A stretch of DNA of 64,000 nt, from contig NC_135263.1 of the NCBI RefSeq assembly GCF_964204865.1, positions 14,384,001 to 14,448,000 of the forward strand, written 5' to 3'. This DNA is from Styela clava (taxonomy: Eukaryota). Positions within the stretch are counted from its first letter, which is position 1; each line of letters starts with the position of its first letter. The position numbers and the translations under genes are program-made. Positions 1 through 12,641 of this stretch are shown here, piece after piece. The notes beneath the pieces were generated by a model. It was not told the DNA's origin and did no database searches. It saw only the letters and a list, made by a program, of their open reading frames with translations.

Positions 1-497
1 AAATAGTTTCATCAAAAAAGAATGTTCAGAAACAAGCAAGACTGCTAGAAAATTGTTTACCAGACGCTTCAACAAGCGAGTCATATCCGAAAAAGATAAC
101 CAGCAAGAATCCAACAGAAAATATTGTCATCAAAAAATTAAAGTCATCAGTAGAACAGAAAAAGCATGAGAAAATGCAAAATAAAAAGACTGTCGGTAAA
201 AAGCCGAAAACGAAGTCTGTTAATAAAAAAGAATTAAACAAAAATCGTCAAAGACCAAGTGTTAATGAACCGCTTGTACCGAAGTCGTCTGCAAATAATA
301 AGATTTCAAAGAAGACCGACAAAGGAAAATCAACAAACCAGAAACCAACTTTTTCTCACGTGAAGCCAACGAAAAAACCATGTGTTACGAAAACAACAAA
401 ACCTTCATTTTCTTTTGGATTCTTTTCTCGACTTTCTTTTATGATGGATCAATTTGGTTTTAACTCCAACGTTGTGAAAAATGATTCCTGTTCTTGA
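1..497 (+). CDS. Secreted Cys-rich/Lys-rich protein, copy 1 (A type); only part of the last exon is in the window
   Basis: Open frame from nt 3 (IVSSKKNVQKQARLLENC...NDSCS*), nearly identical to the last exon of copy 3 (9110-9651). Upstream exons lie outside the window. Confidence 0.85.
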   Translation, partial: IVSSKKNVQKQARLLENCLPDASTSESYPKKITSKNPTENIVIKKLKSSVEQKKHEKMQNKKTVGKKPKTKSVNKKELNKNRQRPSVNEPLVPKSSANNKISKKTDKGKSTNQKPTFSHVKPTKKPCVTKTTKPSFSFGFFSRLSFMMDQFGFNSNVVKNDSCS

Positions 498-1114
498 TTA
501 GCATGCAGCAGAATTTAAATTTTTTTTATAATATTAAATTATTACAACAACAATTACCCTTAAACTTATTTTCACGCTTCTCTGCATTTTTTTTGTCTTT
601 TGGATAAAAATATAGTGCTTTTATACTATAACCACTTTCTATTGGATATGTCGGGGTTCATCATCAATCACTGCGGGCTAGATAAAAATCAATATTCAGA
701 AGAGAATAGTTGACCGGTCTGAATGCATGAAATTCGATGGTCAAAAAATAAGCGGAAGTTATGTGAGCCATTCTGCGGCGACAATTTTTTTCACATAATT
801 GTCTCTTGTGGAATTCGAATCTCAATAAGCAATATTGATACGATTGCGAGTAAATGAATAGTCTGATGACTCTCCGGAAATCTTGAATATAGCTGAACAA
901 ATAGTGTTGCAGTTTCTGGTTTCGAAATAAAACCCACCGGTTCTTGCTATAATTTCAGAAGCAAGAAAATCGTTGATTTAAAAACAGAACAAAGAAAGCG
1001 TACTTTTGTAGTTGAAAACCCGCAGTTTGCATCTGCAAAGCCTTGTGTTAAAATCGGCAAAATGGACTCTCGTAGATCAGTTTGATTACCACTCTCAAGT
1101 AATTTGAAGGATAA

Positions 1115-1417
1115 TTACTTATGGATTTTAATCGGTAAGTATGTTGATAGGTATTTGTCTGTCTTTAAGTCTGTCTGTCTGTTAGATGCACGCGATATCT
1201 CACGAAAACGAGATTGAATCTGCTCCAGATTTTGCATGTGCATTCGTCATATCTCGGACCAAGAGTCTATTGATTTTGGGCGAAATATGTCGTATAATTA
1301 GCGAGTTATTAATTAATTAGTGATGGGACACAAGGTCACTATGGAATAAGAGCGCTGTTTTGGGGATCCCCCAACTTTCGATCGATAAGTCTTCGGTCTC
1401 TGACCGATATTTTCGTT
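1115..1417 (+). mobile_element. Helentron-associated non-autonomous element (HINE / DINE-1-like), ~303 bp
   Basis: Subterminal inverted repeat acttatggat...atcgataagt, 5' hairpin tactta...taagta, (gtct)n microsatellite, 3' hairpin tcggtc-tct-gaccga followed by a T-rich end. This matches the DINE-1/HINE layout. Confidence 0.65.
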
Positions 1418-2312
1418 ATAGTAGTTATTGCCTCTTGCGTTTATGCTTTTGAATAAGCATTAAACACGTGATTTTCACGTTCTTTTGGCGACAGTGATGG
1501 TTTCAAAAATCGGGAATCGTTGAGAATTGACTTCACATTGTACAATATAATTCTGATCAAACCATTATTGAAACTACTTTCTATATCTTGATAACAAAAT
1601 GTTTCCAAAACTGTGGTATTTAATTGGGACTGTTTCATATCTGAAATAAATTTTAGTTAATAAAAATTTGAACCTTTAGTTCATTGTTTAATTGTCTAAT
1701 ACTAACATTTAAATTAACAAATTTAGCGGGTAAATTAGTAGTAATTCTAACAACAACTTTCTACGTTTACCACCTTATTCAATACGAAAAACACATTGAA
1801 AATCACAGAGTCTAAAATACCAAGATTAGTCTAACTACCAACAATCTATGCATTTTTTCGGGTAGCCTACAAAACATTCCCACCTTGATTTCAAATATTC
1901 ATTCAGACTCAGGCTAATAATTAAATTATTGAGTCTTATTTCCTGATTTAATATTTTAACCATACACCAGACAACGTAAAACAAAATAACCAATTTTGGA
2001 ATGTTCTAAAGCTCTATTCTGAATTGTATAAACACCATGACATCTACACAGTATTGCTATTTTGATTAAAATCTAAGACAAAATATCCAATAAAAAAAGC
2101 TGGAAATGATTAAAATCACAAAAAATAATTTCTATTAATATTTATTATATTGATTGCCGCAAGTGTTTATTGTTCTATAATCACGCATATGGAGAGCATT
2201 GTTGATCAATTCAAAAAACACTATTTAAAATATCAAAATAACAATTATATTTAAAATAAAAAATAAATAAAACAACAAATAATTGCGTCGTTATAATTCT
2301 GTTTCGTGCAAA

Positions 2313-3457
2313 TCAGGCACAGGCCTCATTTTTCACAACGTTGGAGTTAAACCCAAATTTATCCATCATAAAAGAAAGTCGAGAAAAGAATCCAAAAGAA
2401 AATGAAGGTTTTGTTGTTTTCGTAACACAAGGCTTCTCTGTTGGATTTACGTGAGGAGCTGTTGGTTTCTGGTTCGTTGATATTTCTTTGCTAGGTTTCT
2501 TTGAAAACTCATTCTTTGCAGACGACTTCGGTACAAGCGGGTTATTAACAATTGGTCTTTGACGACTTTTGTTTGATTCTTTCTTGTCAAAAGACTTCGT
2601 AGTCGTTTTTTTAGAGACTGTCCTCTTATTTTGCATTTTTTCATGCTTTTTCTGTTCTACTGATGACTTCAATTTTTTGATGACGTTATTTTTTGTTGGG
2701 TTCTTGCTAGTAATTTTTTTCGTGGATGACTCACTTGGCGAAGTGTCTGGAAAACAATTTTCGAGCAGTCGTGCTTGTTTCTGAATTTTCTTTTTCGATG
2801 AAACTATTTTTGATAATTTGTATTCTTCTGGAATGATACCTTGTGAGGTTCCGGCTAAAATATTTAAAAAATACAATATAAGTGAATAAATAAACATACG
2901 AAGCCTATTATTGCACTCAAACAATAAAAGCAGACAAACTATTTCATTGTTTAACAAGCGAAAATTAATAAACACAAAGAAAAATAAAACAAACCTCCTT
3001 TAACTATGCAAGAACATTTATAGATACAACAGTGAGAGTACGCTTTGTTTCCACAATCTTTTGGATCGACGAGTTTCTTGTTACGGAAATCATAGCAAGG
3101 AATCGTTTTTCTTTCAAATCCTTTTACTGTATACAGAAATACCAAATGTTATAAATAGCAATACCTATTACAAAAAAATCTTCTGATTATTTGTTGAAAC
3201 AAAGCAAGAAAGACGAAGGTATTATAAGATAATATTATATGAAATTGAATAAAAATGCTTTTTATAATTTATATACGAATAATACACGAATTTTTAATAT
3301 TTTGAATTGATACGAGAATGAAATATGTGCTGGCATCGTTATTGAACTTACCTGGAGCACATTGTGTTTTGCTGATTTTATATCTGAGCTGAAAAGGGGT
3401 GAGTGATGCAGCAATATTGCAAATCCCAATGACAACGACAAAAAGTAATAATTTCAT
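2313..3457 (-). CDS. Secreted Cys-rich/Lys-rich protein, copy 2 (B type), 259 aa
   Basis: Exons 3457-3352 (106 nt; MKLLLFVVVIGICNIAAS signal peptide), 3126-2995 (132 nt; Cys-rich), 2854-2313 (542 nt). Both introns GT-AG, phase 1; total 780 nt, open frame. Confidence 0.9.
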
Positions 3458-3665
3458 TTTGTTAGGAAGTAATTCTGCAAAAATATACCAGATTTTATTT
3501 TACTCTTATGATTAACCAACTTTGAGATGGGAATAGTAGTTGAAACTGTACAATATTCATTTGTATCATGACTAGAGCAAGCACTTGAATATTTCAGTAG
3601 CTCTGAACATACTTGTTCGAAATACAATAATCGAATCTATGTTGCAACAAGAAATTGTTTGTAGC

Positions 3666-3803
3666 TTTTATAGTTTCAGATTGACATTTGTGTTTATTGC
3701 CTTGAGCAACGATTGCCCTACATTACTATGTAAATTTGCATGCTTGTTACGTTTCTTAGCCACAAATCGTAATTTCATTTACTTTGGTAGCGTCACAGTG
3801 ACG
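3666..3803 (-). promoter_or_regulatory. Putative promoter of copy 2: TATAAAA box and CGTCA-N3-TGACG palindrome
   Basis: ttttata at 3666-3672 and gcgtca-cag-tgacgc at 3790-3804; same arrangement upstream of all six complete copies. Confidence 0.55.
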
Positions 3804-6242
3804 CATTTTCTGTAAACCTAAACAAAGTGCTCTTGAACACATACTATTAGTAGACTCAAAGAATCCGTAGACTTGAATATTGCTATCGCCACGATAAATA
3901 CGTCATATTGAGTTTAAAAATAGAACAAGATTAAATCGTTGGATTAAGCTTTTCATGTAAAAATCAGGCTGTAATGGATTAACAAAGATGAAATGAGTCA
4001 TGAAATTTTGTAAAAGTTTCAAATAACGTCAAGGAGACTTTATTTGCTAGTATTTTTCTGTCTTTAATCAAATGTAATAAAATAAATTGTCATTAGTTAA
4101 TGACATCATGCGATATAGCACGACATGGAATATCATTTAAATTAGGATTAGACGTTTGACGGTCGGGATCAAACAAAACCTAAAAATTCATTTAATTGAG
4201 CACTAGTTTCTCTGCACAATAAATCATATGAATATAAACCGCTTTATAGTTATATTAAAGTTACATTGTTTATTATTCAAAAAAAATCGATTATGGATTA
4301 GTAGATGGATTATCCTGGTTCTATGTCGTAATTTTTTTAAATTGATCCACAGTTTTTGTTATAAAGTTGCAGTTTAACAATTATATAAAATTTAAAGATC
4401 TATTCTAACCGAGATATTAAAAATATATAGAAGTTTAAATTTTTTATATTCAGCATTTCAACCGAGTATATTTAATAAAATAATTATTGCAGAATTTGTT
4501 AGATTCTTGTAAATCAAATTCCAAAAAAATGGTTTCCCATAAACAAAATGTTTATCAGACTCAAAAGTGAATGTAATTAAAGCTTCGCAGCATTAATAAA
4601 ATCTAAACTAATATTTTAGCAAAATATGAAACTTTCATTTGTGAGTTTCATTGTGAGAATACACAATATATTTATTCATACAATTAAAATATAAAACAAC
4701 AATTTAAAGAAAAAATACAGAAAACGGAAAGGTGGAAATAGGCTGAATTCACTACTGTCATGAATATTAAAGTTAAACACGTATATGCATAAGCCCAACA
4801 CATTCTCTGCGAAAGCTTGATAAAAATTACGCATTTTTATGACAAAGTGATCAGTATAACTACATCGTAAGTTACTTCTATTTTAAACAATTTATACCGC
4901 GGTTATTAAGCGATTAAACGTTATGTTTCAATATATCCATAGTTTAAATAGAAAATGAAAAAGTAATTGATTTAAAATATAATTCATCATTTGTATGATT
5001 ATAATATTTATTACGTCAAGAAGTCTTACTTTTCGTGTTCGAATTTTGTTTGCAATTTGCTTCAAAAATGCGTCGGTCAAAAATCAATTTGTGGGCAATA
5101 AATCTGCTTACGATAAATGCGACAAATGTCATTCTATCACCTTGGATTAAATAAAGTATTTATACGTGTGAACTTCACATATATAATTATTGAACATGTG
5201 TAAATGTAATCGAATATGTGAATTTATATTTATCCTGAGCCATAAGTTCAACAGAGTACATTTCTGCCTATTTCCGAAATTCATTTTTCTTTTTCTTTTT
5301 CCCTAACATTATTCTTTTATATTTTAATTGTATAAATATATTGTGTATTATTGGAAAGTCACAAATAAAAGTACCATGTTTTGCTATGATATTAGTTTTA
5401 AATTTTAGTGATGCTGTAAAGCTTTAATGACATTTACTTTCAGGTGTGATACACATTTATTTATGGAGAATCATAGTTAAAGCGGTATATCTTTATAAGA
5501 ATATTCTTACAAAGACTAGTGCCGAATTAGTTTCATCCCGACCGTCAAACCTGTAAACCTCTTTAAAATTATTATACCTCATTGCACTAAAATGCATGAT
5601 GTCAATAACTTACTAATGATAAAAAAATATGCTAATCACAATTGAATTGAGAAAGTAAAACGCATTTAAGTAAAGTCTTCCCGGCGTTATTTGGGTATTT
5701 TACAAAAATCCCAATCTCATTCTATCTCTATGTTTCGTTAAACATAAATGTTAATCCATAACACCCCAGACATTACCATCCACTATAGCTTAATTTTTAC
5801 CTAAAAAGATTAATCCAATTCAAGACAATGTAGTTATGGGGAACGTCTGTACCCAAATATGAAATAACCATTCTAAATAGTGTGATCAAGTCAAAATATT
5901 TCTGACTAATCGAACTTGCAAAAATAATCTTTCCACTTATCTACAGAGAGACTCCAAAATAGAGAACTTATAAATTTTATGATTACTTGTTAATTTTCTT
6001 ATCAACCGACCTTCTGTTTTAGTAAGATTGTACCCAAAAGTTTCACGTTGTGCATGAAAGTTATGTTCTCTTTGGAACATGTTCCAAATGGCCATTTTGG
6101 CGTTGAAGACACACTTGCATACGTTGCAGCCTTGAGTTTACCAGTCGAATAATGATTGCCTTGACCAACTATTGTTTTACAATTCAAATTATGTTTGCAT
6201 TTCACCAATAGTTTTAAACACAATTTGTAATTGTATTAACAT

Positions 6243-6420
6243 CAGTTGCGTCATAATGACGTATTTTCAGTAATCACAAACACACCACATACAAATAAAT
6301 ATCATTAATTAATGCTCCTAAAGAAACACCACACTCGGTGGCGTCATGGTGACGTATTTTCAATAATCCCAAACAAATCACACTCAAATAAATATCATTA
6401 AATAATGCTCTCAAATAATC
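6243..6420. repeat. 93-bp tandem duplication near the centre of the divergent spacer, each unit carrying CGTCA-N3-TGACG (candidate shared enhancer)
   Basis: cgtca-taa-tgacg at 6249 and cgtca-tgg-tgacg at 6342, each followed by tattttca..taatc..caaac...aatgctc; homologous pair at ~21660-21830. Confidence 0.7.
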
Positions 6421-8046
6421 GACAGACTTGTCTATTGCTATTGTCGGGATTAAACGTCATAGCGAGTTTAAAAATAGATCTGAATAAATCCGATAGACTA
6501 AGTTTTTTACGTTGGAAATACGCGACAACACAGATAAAATGTGACATGAAAATACATTGCAAAACTTTTGGATTTAGTCCATCATTTTATCCTTCTTTGA
6601 CAATGAATGATTGTTAGATTAACTTTAAAAAAATATTGTTGAGGTGATAATGATATGTTTAATATGTATTGCCTATTAAGGGACCTATATTTTTTCTTGT
6701 ATAAAAGAATTATTTTTATAAAGTTTATTTCAATTAGGTAGCAAATCAGAAATTAAGCTTTTTTGTGATAAAAAAAAATTCTGACAAATTTATTCATATA
6801 CCTAAATTTAATTATTACACAATAGCGCATGAGATCCTTTTTTTTTATAAACATATTATAACAGAAATCTACTGTGTAGAACGTATGGCTCAGGATAAAT
6901 ATAAATTCTCATATTCGATTACATTTACACACGTGCAATAAATATATAGGTGTATAAGTTCACACGTATAAATACAGTTTTAATCCAGGACGATAGAATG
7001 ACATTTGTCGTATTTATTGTTAAACAGATTTATTGCCCACAGATTGATGACGCATTTTTGAAGCAAATTGCAAATAAAGTTCGAACACGAAAATTACGAA
7101 TTTTTGACGTCATAAATATTATAATTATACAAATATTGCATTATATTTTATTAAATTATCCTTTTTTTCAGTTTTTATTAAAACTATTTATTTACTGAAA
7201 GTTATAACTGCGTCATAAATTGTTTAAAAATAGAAGTTACTCCTAATGTACTTATCACATTGTCATAAACATTCGTGGTTTTTACTAATGTGCAGGACTA
7301 ATGCATCAACATGCATCAGATGTTGATGTTCAATTTTGGTTTAATATTTATGATATTGGTGATTTCAGCCTATTTCCACATTTCCTGTATTTTTTCCTAA
7401 GGTTGCTTTTTTGTATTTTAGTTGTATAGATATTTGGGATTTCTGGAAACTCAGAATAATCTTAGTTTTAGATTTTGATGATGTGGTAAAGCTTTAATGA
7501 CATTCTAATATCTCGATGTAAATTCTTCATAAATTCATACATTTTAAAACTGCAACTCTAAAATATAAAATTGTGGATGAACAAGAGTATCTTTTAATGG
7601 ATACAGGTATATCAATTCCTAATATTCTGAATTAATTTATTTTAAATAATAAACAATGTAACTTTGGGTATAACTATAAATTTGTATATGATAATAAAAT
7701 TCGTTATAATGCATTTAAAAGGCATGATGTCATTAACTTACTAATGATAAACACTATGTTAATCACGATTGAATAAAGACAGAAAAATACTACCTAATAA
7801 AGTCTTCTTGACGTTATTAGGGAATTTTACTAAAATTCATGTCACATTTTATGTTTTTACATCTTTGTTAATCCATTGCAACCTGATTTTCACGTGAGAA
7901 GCTCAATCTAACTTTTTAATCTTGTTTTATTTTTAAACTCACTATGACGTATTAATCGTGACAATAGCAATAATTAAATCTACGGATTCTTTGAGTCTAC
8001 TAGTAGTATTTATTCAAGAGGTCTTCGTTTGGGTTTACAGAAAATG

Positions 8047-8192
8047 CGTCACTATGACGATACCAAGGTAAATGAAATTACGATTAGTGGCTAAGAAACG
8101 TTACAAGAGTGCAAATTTACAAAGTAATATGGGGCAATTGTTGCCCGAGGCCAGAAACACAAATGTCAATCTGAAACTTTGCATCTATAAAA
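8047..8192 (+). promoter_or_regulatory. Putative promoter of copy 3: CGTCA-N3-TGACG palindrome and TATAAAA box
   Basis: cgtca-cta-tgacg at 8047-8059; tataaaa at 8186-8192, 230 bp before the ATG. Equivalent TATA boxes at 12850, 14325, 18961 and 23751. Confidence 0.55.
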
Positions 8193-8415
8193 GCTACAAA
8201 CATTTTCTTGTTACAACATAATTCGATTATTGTATTTCGAAAAAATATGTTCAGAGCGACTGAAATATCTAAGTGCTTGTACTAGCCGTAAATGATAAAT
8301 TGCACAAATGGGTATTTATACAGTATTATTCCAATGCTATTTCAACCTTAAATTTGGTTAATCACAGCATCAAAATAAAATCTAGTTTATTTTTACAGAA
8401 TTACTTTCTAACAAA

Positions 8416-9651
8416 ATGAAATTATTATTCTTTGTCGTGGTCGTCGGGATTTGCGATATTGCAGCATCATTGACCCCTTTTCAGCTCAGATATAAAATCA
8501 GCAAAACACAATGTGCTCCAGGTAGGTTCAAGATTTTATTGTCTCATATCTGATATATGTTTTAGACTATCTAAAGATTCCAGCACATATCCTATTCTTT
8601 AATTCCCTAAAAAAAAATGCGTTCAAAATTACAAATAGCATTTTTATTTAATTTCATTTAATATTATCTTACAATATCACAATGTTTTTTGCTTTGCTTT
8701 AACGAATAATCAAGAGAATTCTCGGAAATAGTTATTGTTATTTATAACATATGGTATTTCTGTATACAGTTAGAGAATTTGAAAGAAAAACGATTCCTTG
8801 CTATGATTTCCGTAACAAGAAACTCGTCGATCCAAAAGATTGTGGAAACAAAGCGTACTCTCACTGTTGTATTTATAAATGTTCTTGCATAGTTAAAGGA
8901 GGTTTGTTTTATTTTTTTTGTGTTTATTAATTTTCGCTTTTTAAACAATTAAATAGTTTGCCTGGTTTTATTGTAGCCAAAACACAAGAAAATTCCTCAG
9001 TTGGTTTATCAGGACATTTTTGAAATTTTATAGGCACAACACTTGTGATACGTTTGAGTGCGATAATACTCTTTGTAACTTTTACTTATTCACTTTTATT
9101 TTTTTTTAGTCGGAACCTCACTAGGTATCATTCCAGAAGAATATAAATTATCAAAAATAGTTTCATCAAAAAAGAATGCTCAGAAACAAGCAAGACTGCT
9201 AGAAAATTGTTTACCAGACGCTTCAACAAGCGAGTCATATCTGAAAAAGATAACCAGCAAGAATCCAACAGAAAATATTGTCATCAAAAAATTAAAGTCA
9301 TCAGTAGAACAGAAAAAGCATGAGAAAATGCAAAATAAAAAGACTGTCGGTAAAAAGCCGAAAACGAAGTCTGTTAATAAAAAAGAATTAAACAAAAATC
9401 GTCAAAGACCAAGTGTTAATGAACCGCTTGTACCGAAGTCGTCTGCAAATAATAAGATTTCAAAGAAGACCAACAAAGGAAAATCAACAAACCAGAAACC
9501 AACTTTTTCTCACGTGAAGCCAACGAAAAAACCATGTGTTACGAAAACAACAAAACCTTCATTTTCTTTTGGATTCTTTTCTCGACTTTCTTTTATGATG
9601 GATCAATTTGGTTTTAACTCCAACGTTGTGAAAAATGATTCCTGTTCTTGA
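8416..9651 (+). CDS. Secreted Cys-rich/Lys-rich protein, copy 3 (A type), 259 aa
   Basis: Exons 8416-8521, 8770-8901, 9110-9651; GT-AG phase-1 introns. MKLLFFVVVVGICDIAAS-LTPFQLRYKISKTQCAP-VREFERKTIPCYDFRNKKLVDPKDCGNKAYSHCCIYKCSCIVKG-VGTSLG...NDSCS*. Confidence 0.9.
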
Positions 9652-10269
9652 TTAGCATGCAGCAAAATTTAAAATTTTTTTATAATATTAAATTATTACA
9701 ACAACAATTACCCTTAAACTTATTTTCACGCTTCTCTGCATTTTTTTTTGTCTTTTGGATAAAAATATAGTGCTTTTATACTATAACCACTTTCTATTGG
9801 ATATGTCGGGGTTCATCATCAATCACTGCGGGCGAGATAAAAATCAATATTCAGAAGAGAATAGTTGACCGGTCTGAATGCATGAAATTCGATGGTCAAA
9901 AAATAAGCGGAAGTTATGTGAGCCATTCTGCGGCGACAATTTTTTTCACATAATTGTCTCTTGTGGAATTCGAATCTCAATAAGCAATATTGATACGATT
10001 GCGAGTAAATGAATAGTCTGATGACTCTCCGGAAATCTTGAATATTGCTGAACAAATAGTGTTGCAGTTTCTGGTTTCGAAATAAAACCCACCGGTTCTT
10101 GCTATAATTTCAGTAGCAAGAAAATCGTTGATTTAAAAACAGAACAAAGAAAGCGTACTTTTGTAGTTGAAAACCCGCAGTTTGCATCTGCAAAGCCTTG
10201 TGTTAAAATCGGCAAAATGGACTCTCGTAGATCAGTTTGACTACCACTCTCAAGTAATTTGAAGGTTAA

Positions 10270-10572
10270 TTACTTATGGATTTTAATCGGTAAGTATGTT
10301 GATAGGTATTTGTCTGTCTTTAAGTCTGTCTGTCTGTTAGATGCACGCGATATCTCACGAAAACGAGATTGAATCTGCTCCAGATTTTGCATGTGCATTC
10401 GTCATATCTCGGACCAGGAGTCTATTGATTTTGGGCGAAATATGTCGTATAATTAGCGAGTTATCAATTAATTAGTGATGGGACACAAGGTCACTATGGA
10501 ATAAGAGCGCTGTTTTGGGGATCCCCCAACTTTCGATCGATAAGTCTTCGGTCTCTGACCGATATTTTCGTT
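10270..10572 (+). mobile_element. HINE/DINE-1-like element (duplicated with the array unit)
   Basis: Near-identical to 1115-1417 with the same flanks. Confidence 0.65.
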
Positions 10573-11466
10573 ATAGTAGTTATTGCCTCTTGCGTTTATG
10601 CTTTTGAATAAGCATTAAACACGTGATTTTCACGTTTTTTGGCGACAGTGATGGTTTCAAAAATCGGGAATCGTTGAGAATTGACTTCACATGGTACAAT
10701 ATAATTCTGATCAAACCTTTATTGAAACTACTTTCTATATCTTGATAACAAAATGTTTCCAAAACTGTGGTATTTAATTGGGACTGTTTCACATCTGAAA
10801 TAAATTTTAGTTAATAAAAATTTGAACCTTTAGTTCATTGTTTAATTGTCTAATACTAACATTTAAATTAACAAATTTAGCGGGTAAATTAGTAGTAATT
10901 CTAACAACAACTTTCTACGTTTACCACCTTATTCAATACGAAAAACACATTGAAAATCACAGAGTCTAAAATACCAAGATTAGTCTAACTACCAACAATC
11001 TATGCATTTTTTCGGGTAGCCTACAAAACATTCCCACCTTGATTTCAAATATTCATTCAGACTCAAGCTAATAATTAAATTATTGAGTCTTATTTCCTGA
11101 TTTAATATTTTAACCATACACCAGACGACGTAAAACAAAATAACCAATTTTGGAATGTTCTTAAGCTCTATTCTGAATTGTATAAACACCATGACATCTA
11201 CACAGTATTGCTATTTTGATTAAAATCTAAGACAAAATATCCAATAAAAAAAGCTGGAAATGATTAAAATCACAAAAAATAATTTCTATTAATATTTATT
11301 ATATTAATTGCCACAAGTGTTTCTTGTTCTATTATCACGCATATGGAGAGCATTGTTGATTAATTCAAAAAACACTATTTAAAATATCAAAATAACAATT
11401 ATATTTAAAATAAAAAATAAATAAAACAACAAATAATTGCGTTGTTATAATTCTGTTTCGTGCAAA

Positions 11467-12641
11467 TCAGGCACAGGCCTCATTTTTCACAACGTTGGAG
11501 TTAAACCCAAATTGATCCATCATAAAAGAAAGTCGAGAAAAGAATCCAAAAGAAAATGAAGGTTTTGTTGTTTTCGTAACACAAAGCTTCTTTGTTGGAT
11601 TTACGTGAGGAGCTGTTGGTTTCTGGTTCGTTGATATTTCTTTGCTAGGTTTCTTTGAAAACTCATTCTTTGCAGACGACTTCGGTACAAGCGGGTTATT
11701 AACAATTGGTCTTTGACGACTTTTGTTTGATTCTTTCTTGTCAAAAGACTTCGTAGTCGTTTTTTTAGAGACTGTCCTCCTATTTTGCATTTTCTCATGC
11801 TTTTTCTGTTCCACTGATGACTTCAATTTTTTGATGACGTTATTTTTTGTTGGGTTCTTGCTAGTAATTTTTTTCGTGGATGACTCACTTGGCGAAGTGT
11901 CTGGAAAACAATTTTCGAGCAGTCGTGCTTGTTTCTGAATTTTCTTTTTCGATGAAACTATTTTTGATAATTTGTATTCTTCTGGAATGATACCTTGTGA
12001 GGTTCCGGCTAAATATATATAAAAAATACAATATAAGTGAATAAATAAACATACGGAGCCTATTATTGCACTCAAACAATAAAAGCAGACAAACTATTTC
12101 ATTGTTTAACAAGCGAAAATTAATAAACACAAAGAAAAATAAAACAAACCTCCTTTAACTATGCAAGAACATTTATAAATACAACAGTGAGAGTACGCTT
12201 TGTTTCCACAATCTTTTGGATCGACGAGTTTCTTGTTACGGAAATCATAGCAAGGAATCGTTTTTCTTTCAAATCCTTTTACTGTATACAGAAATACCAT
12301 ATGTTATAAATAGCAAAACTATTATGAAAAAAAATCTTCTGATTATTTGTTGAAGCAAAGCAAGAAAGACGGTGGTATTATAAGATAATATTATATGAAA
12401 TTAAATAAAAATTCTTTTTATAATTTTATACGAATTTTTAATATTTTGAATTAATACAAGAATGAAATATGTGCTGGCATCGTAATAAAATCTAAAATAT
12501 ATATCAGATATGAGGCAATAAAATTTTGAACTTACCAGGAGCACATTGTGTTTTGCTGATTTTATATCTGAGCTGAAAAGGGGTCAGTGATGCTGCAATA
12601 TCGCAAATACCGACGACCACAACAAAAAGTAATAATTTCAT
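11467..12641 (-). CDS. Secreted Cys-rich/Lys-rich protein, copy 4 (B type), 259 aa
   Basis: Exons 12641-12536, 12281-12150, 12008-11467; GT-AG; open frame ending NEACA*. Confidence 0.9.

Noticed and set aside
26-241. Hydrophobic antisense ORFs (MFNSFLLTDF.../MFDSFLSKDF...) repeated in most copies
   Set aside because: Phe/Leu richness is the mirror image of Lys/Asn codons on the coding strand; recurrence reflects the duplication only.
855-900. ctgatga...gaaa resembling a hammerhead ribozyme core (also ctgatga at ~50786 and ~55725)
   Set aside because: No complementary stem I at 863; the other two lack the GAAA core.
664-1638. Repeated short ORFs in the tail-to-tail spacer (MFSYIQDF..., MKQSQLNT...)
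   Set aside because: No recognisable domain; the second ORF is frameshifted or deleted between copies; conservation is explained by recent duplication.
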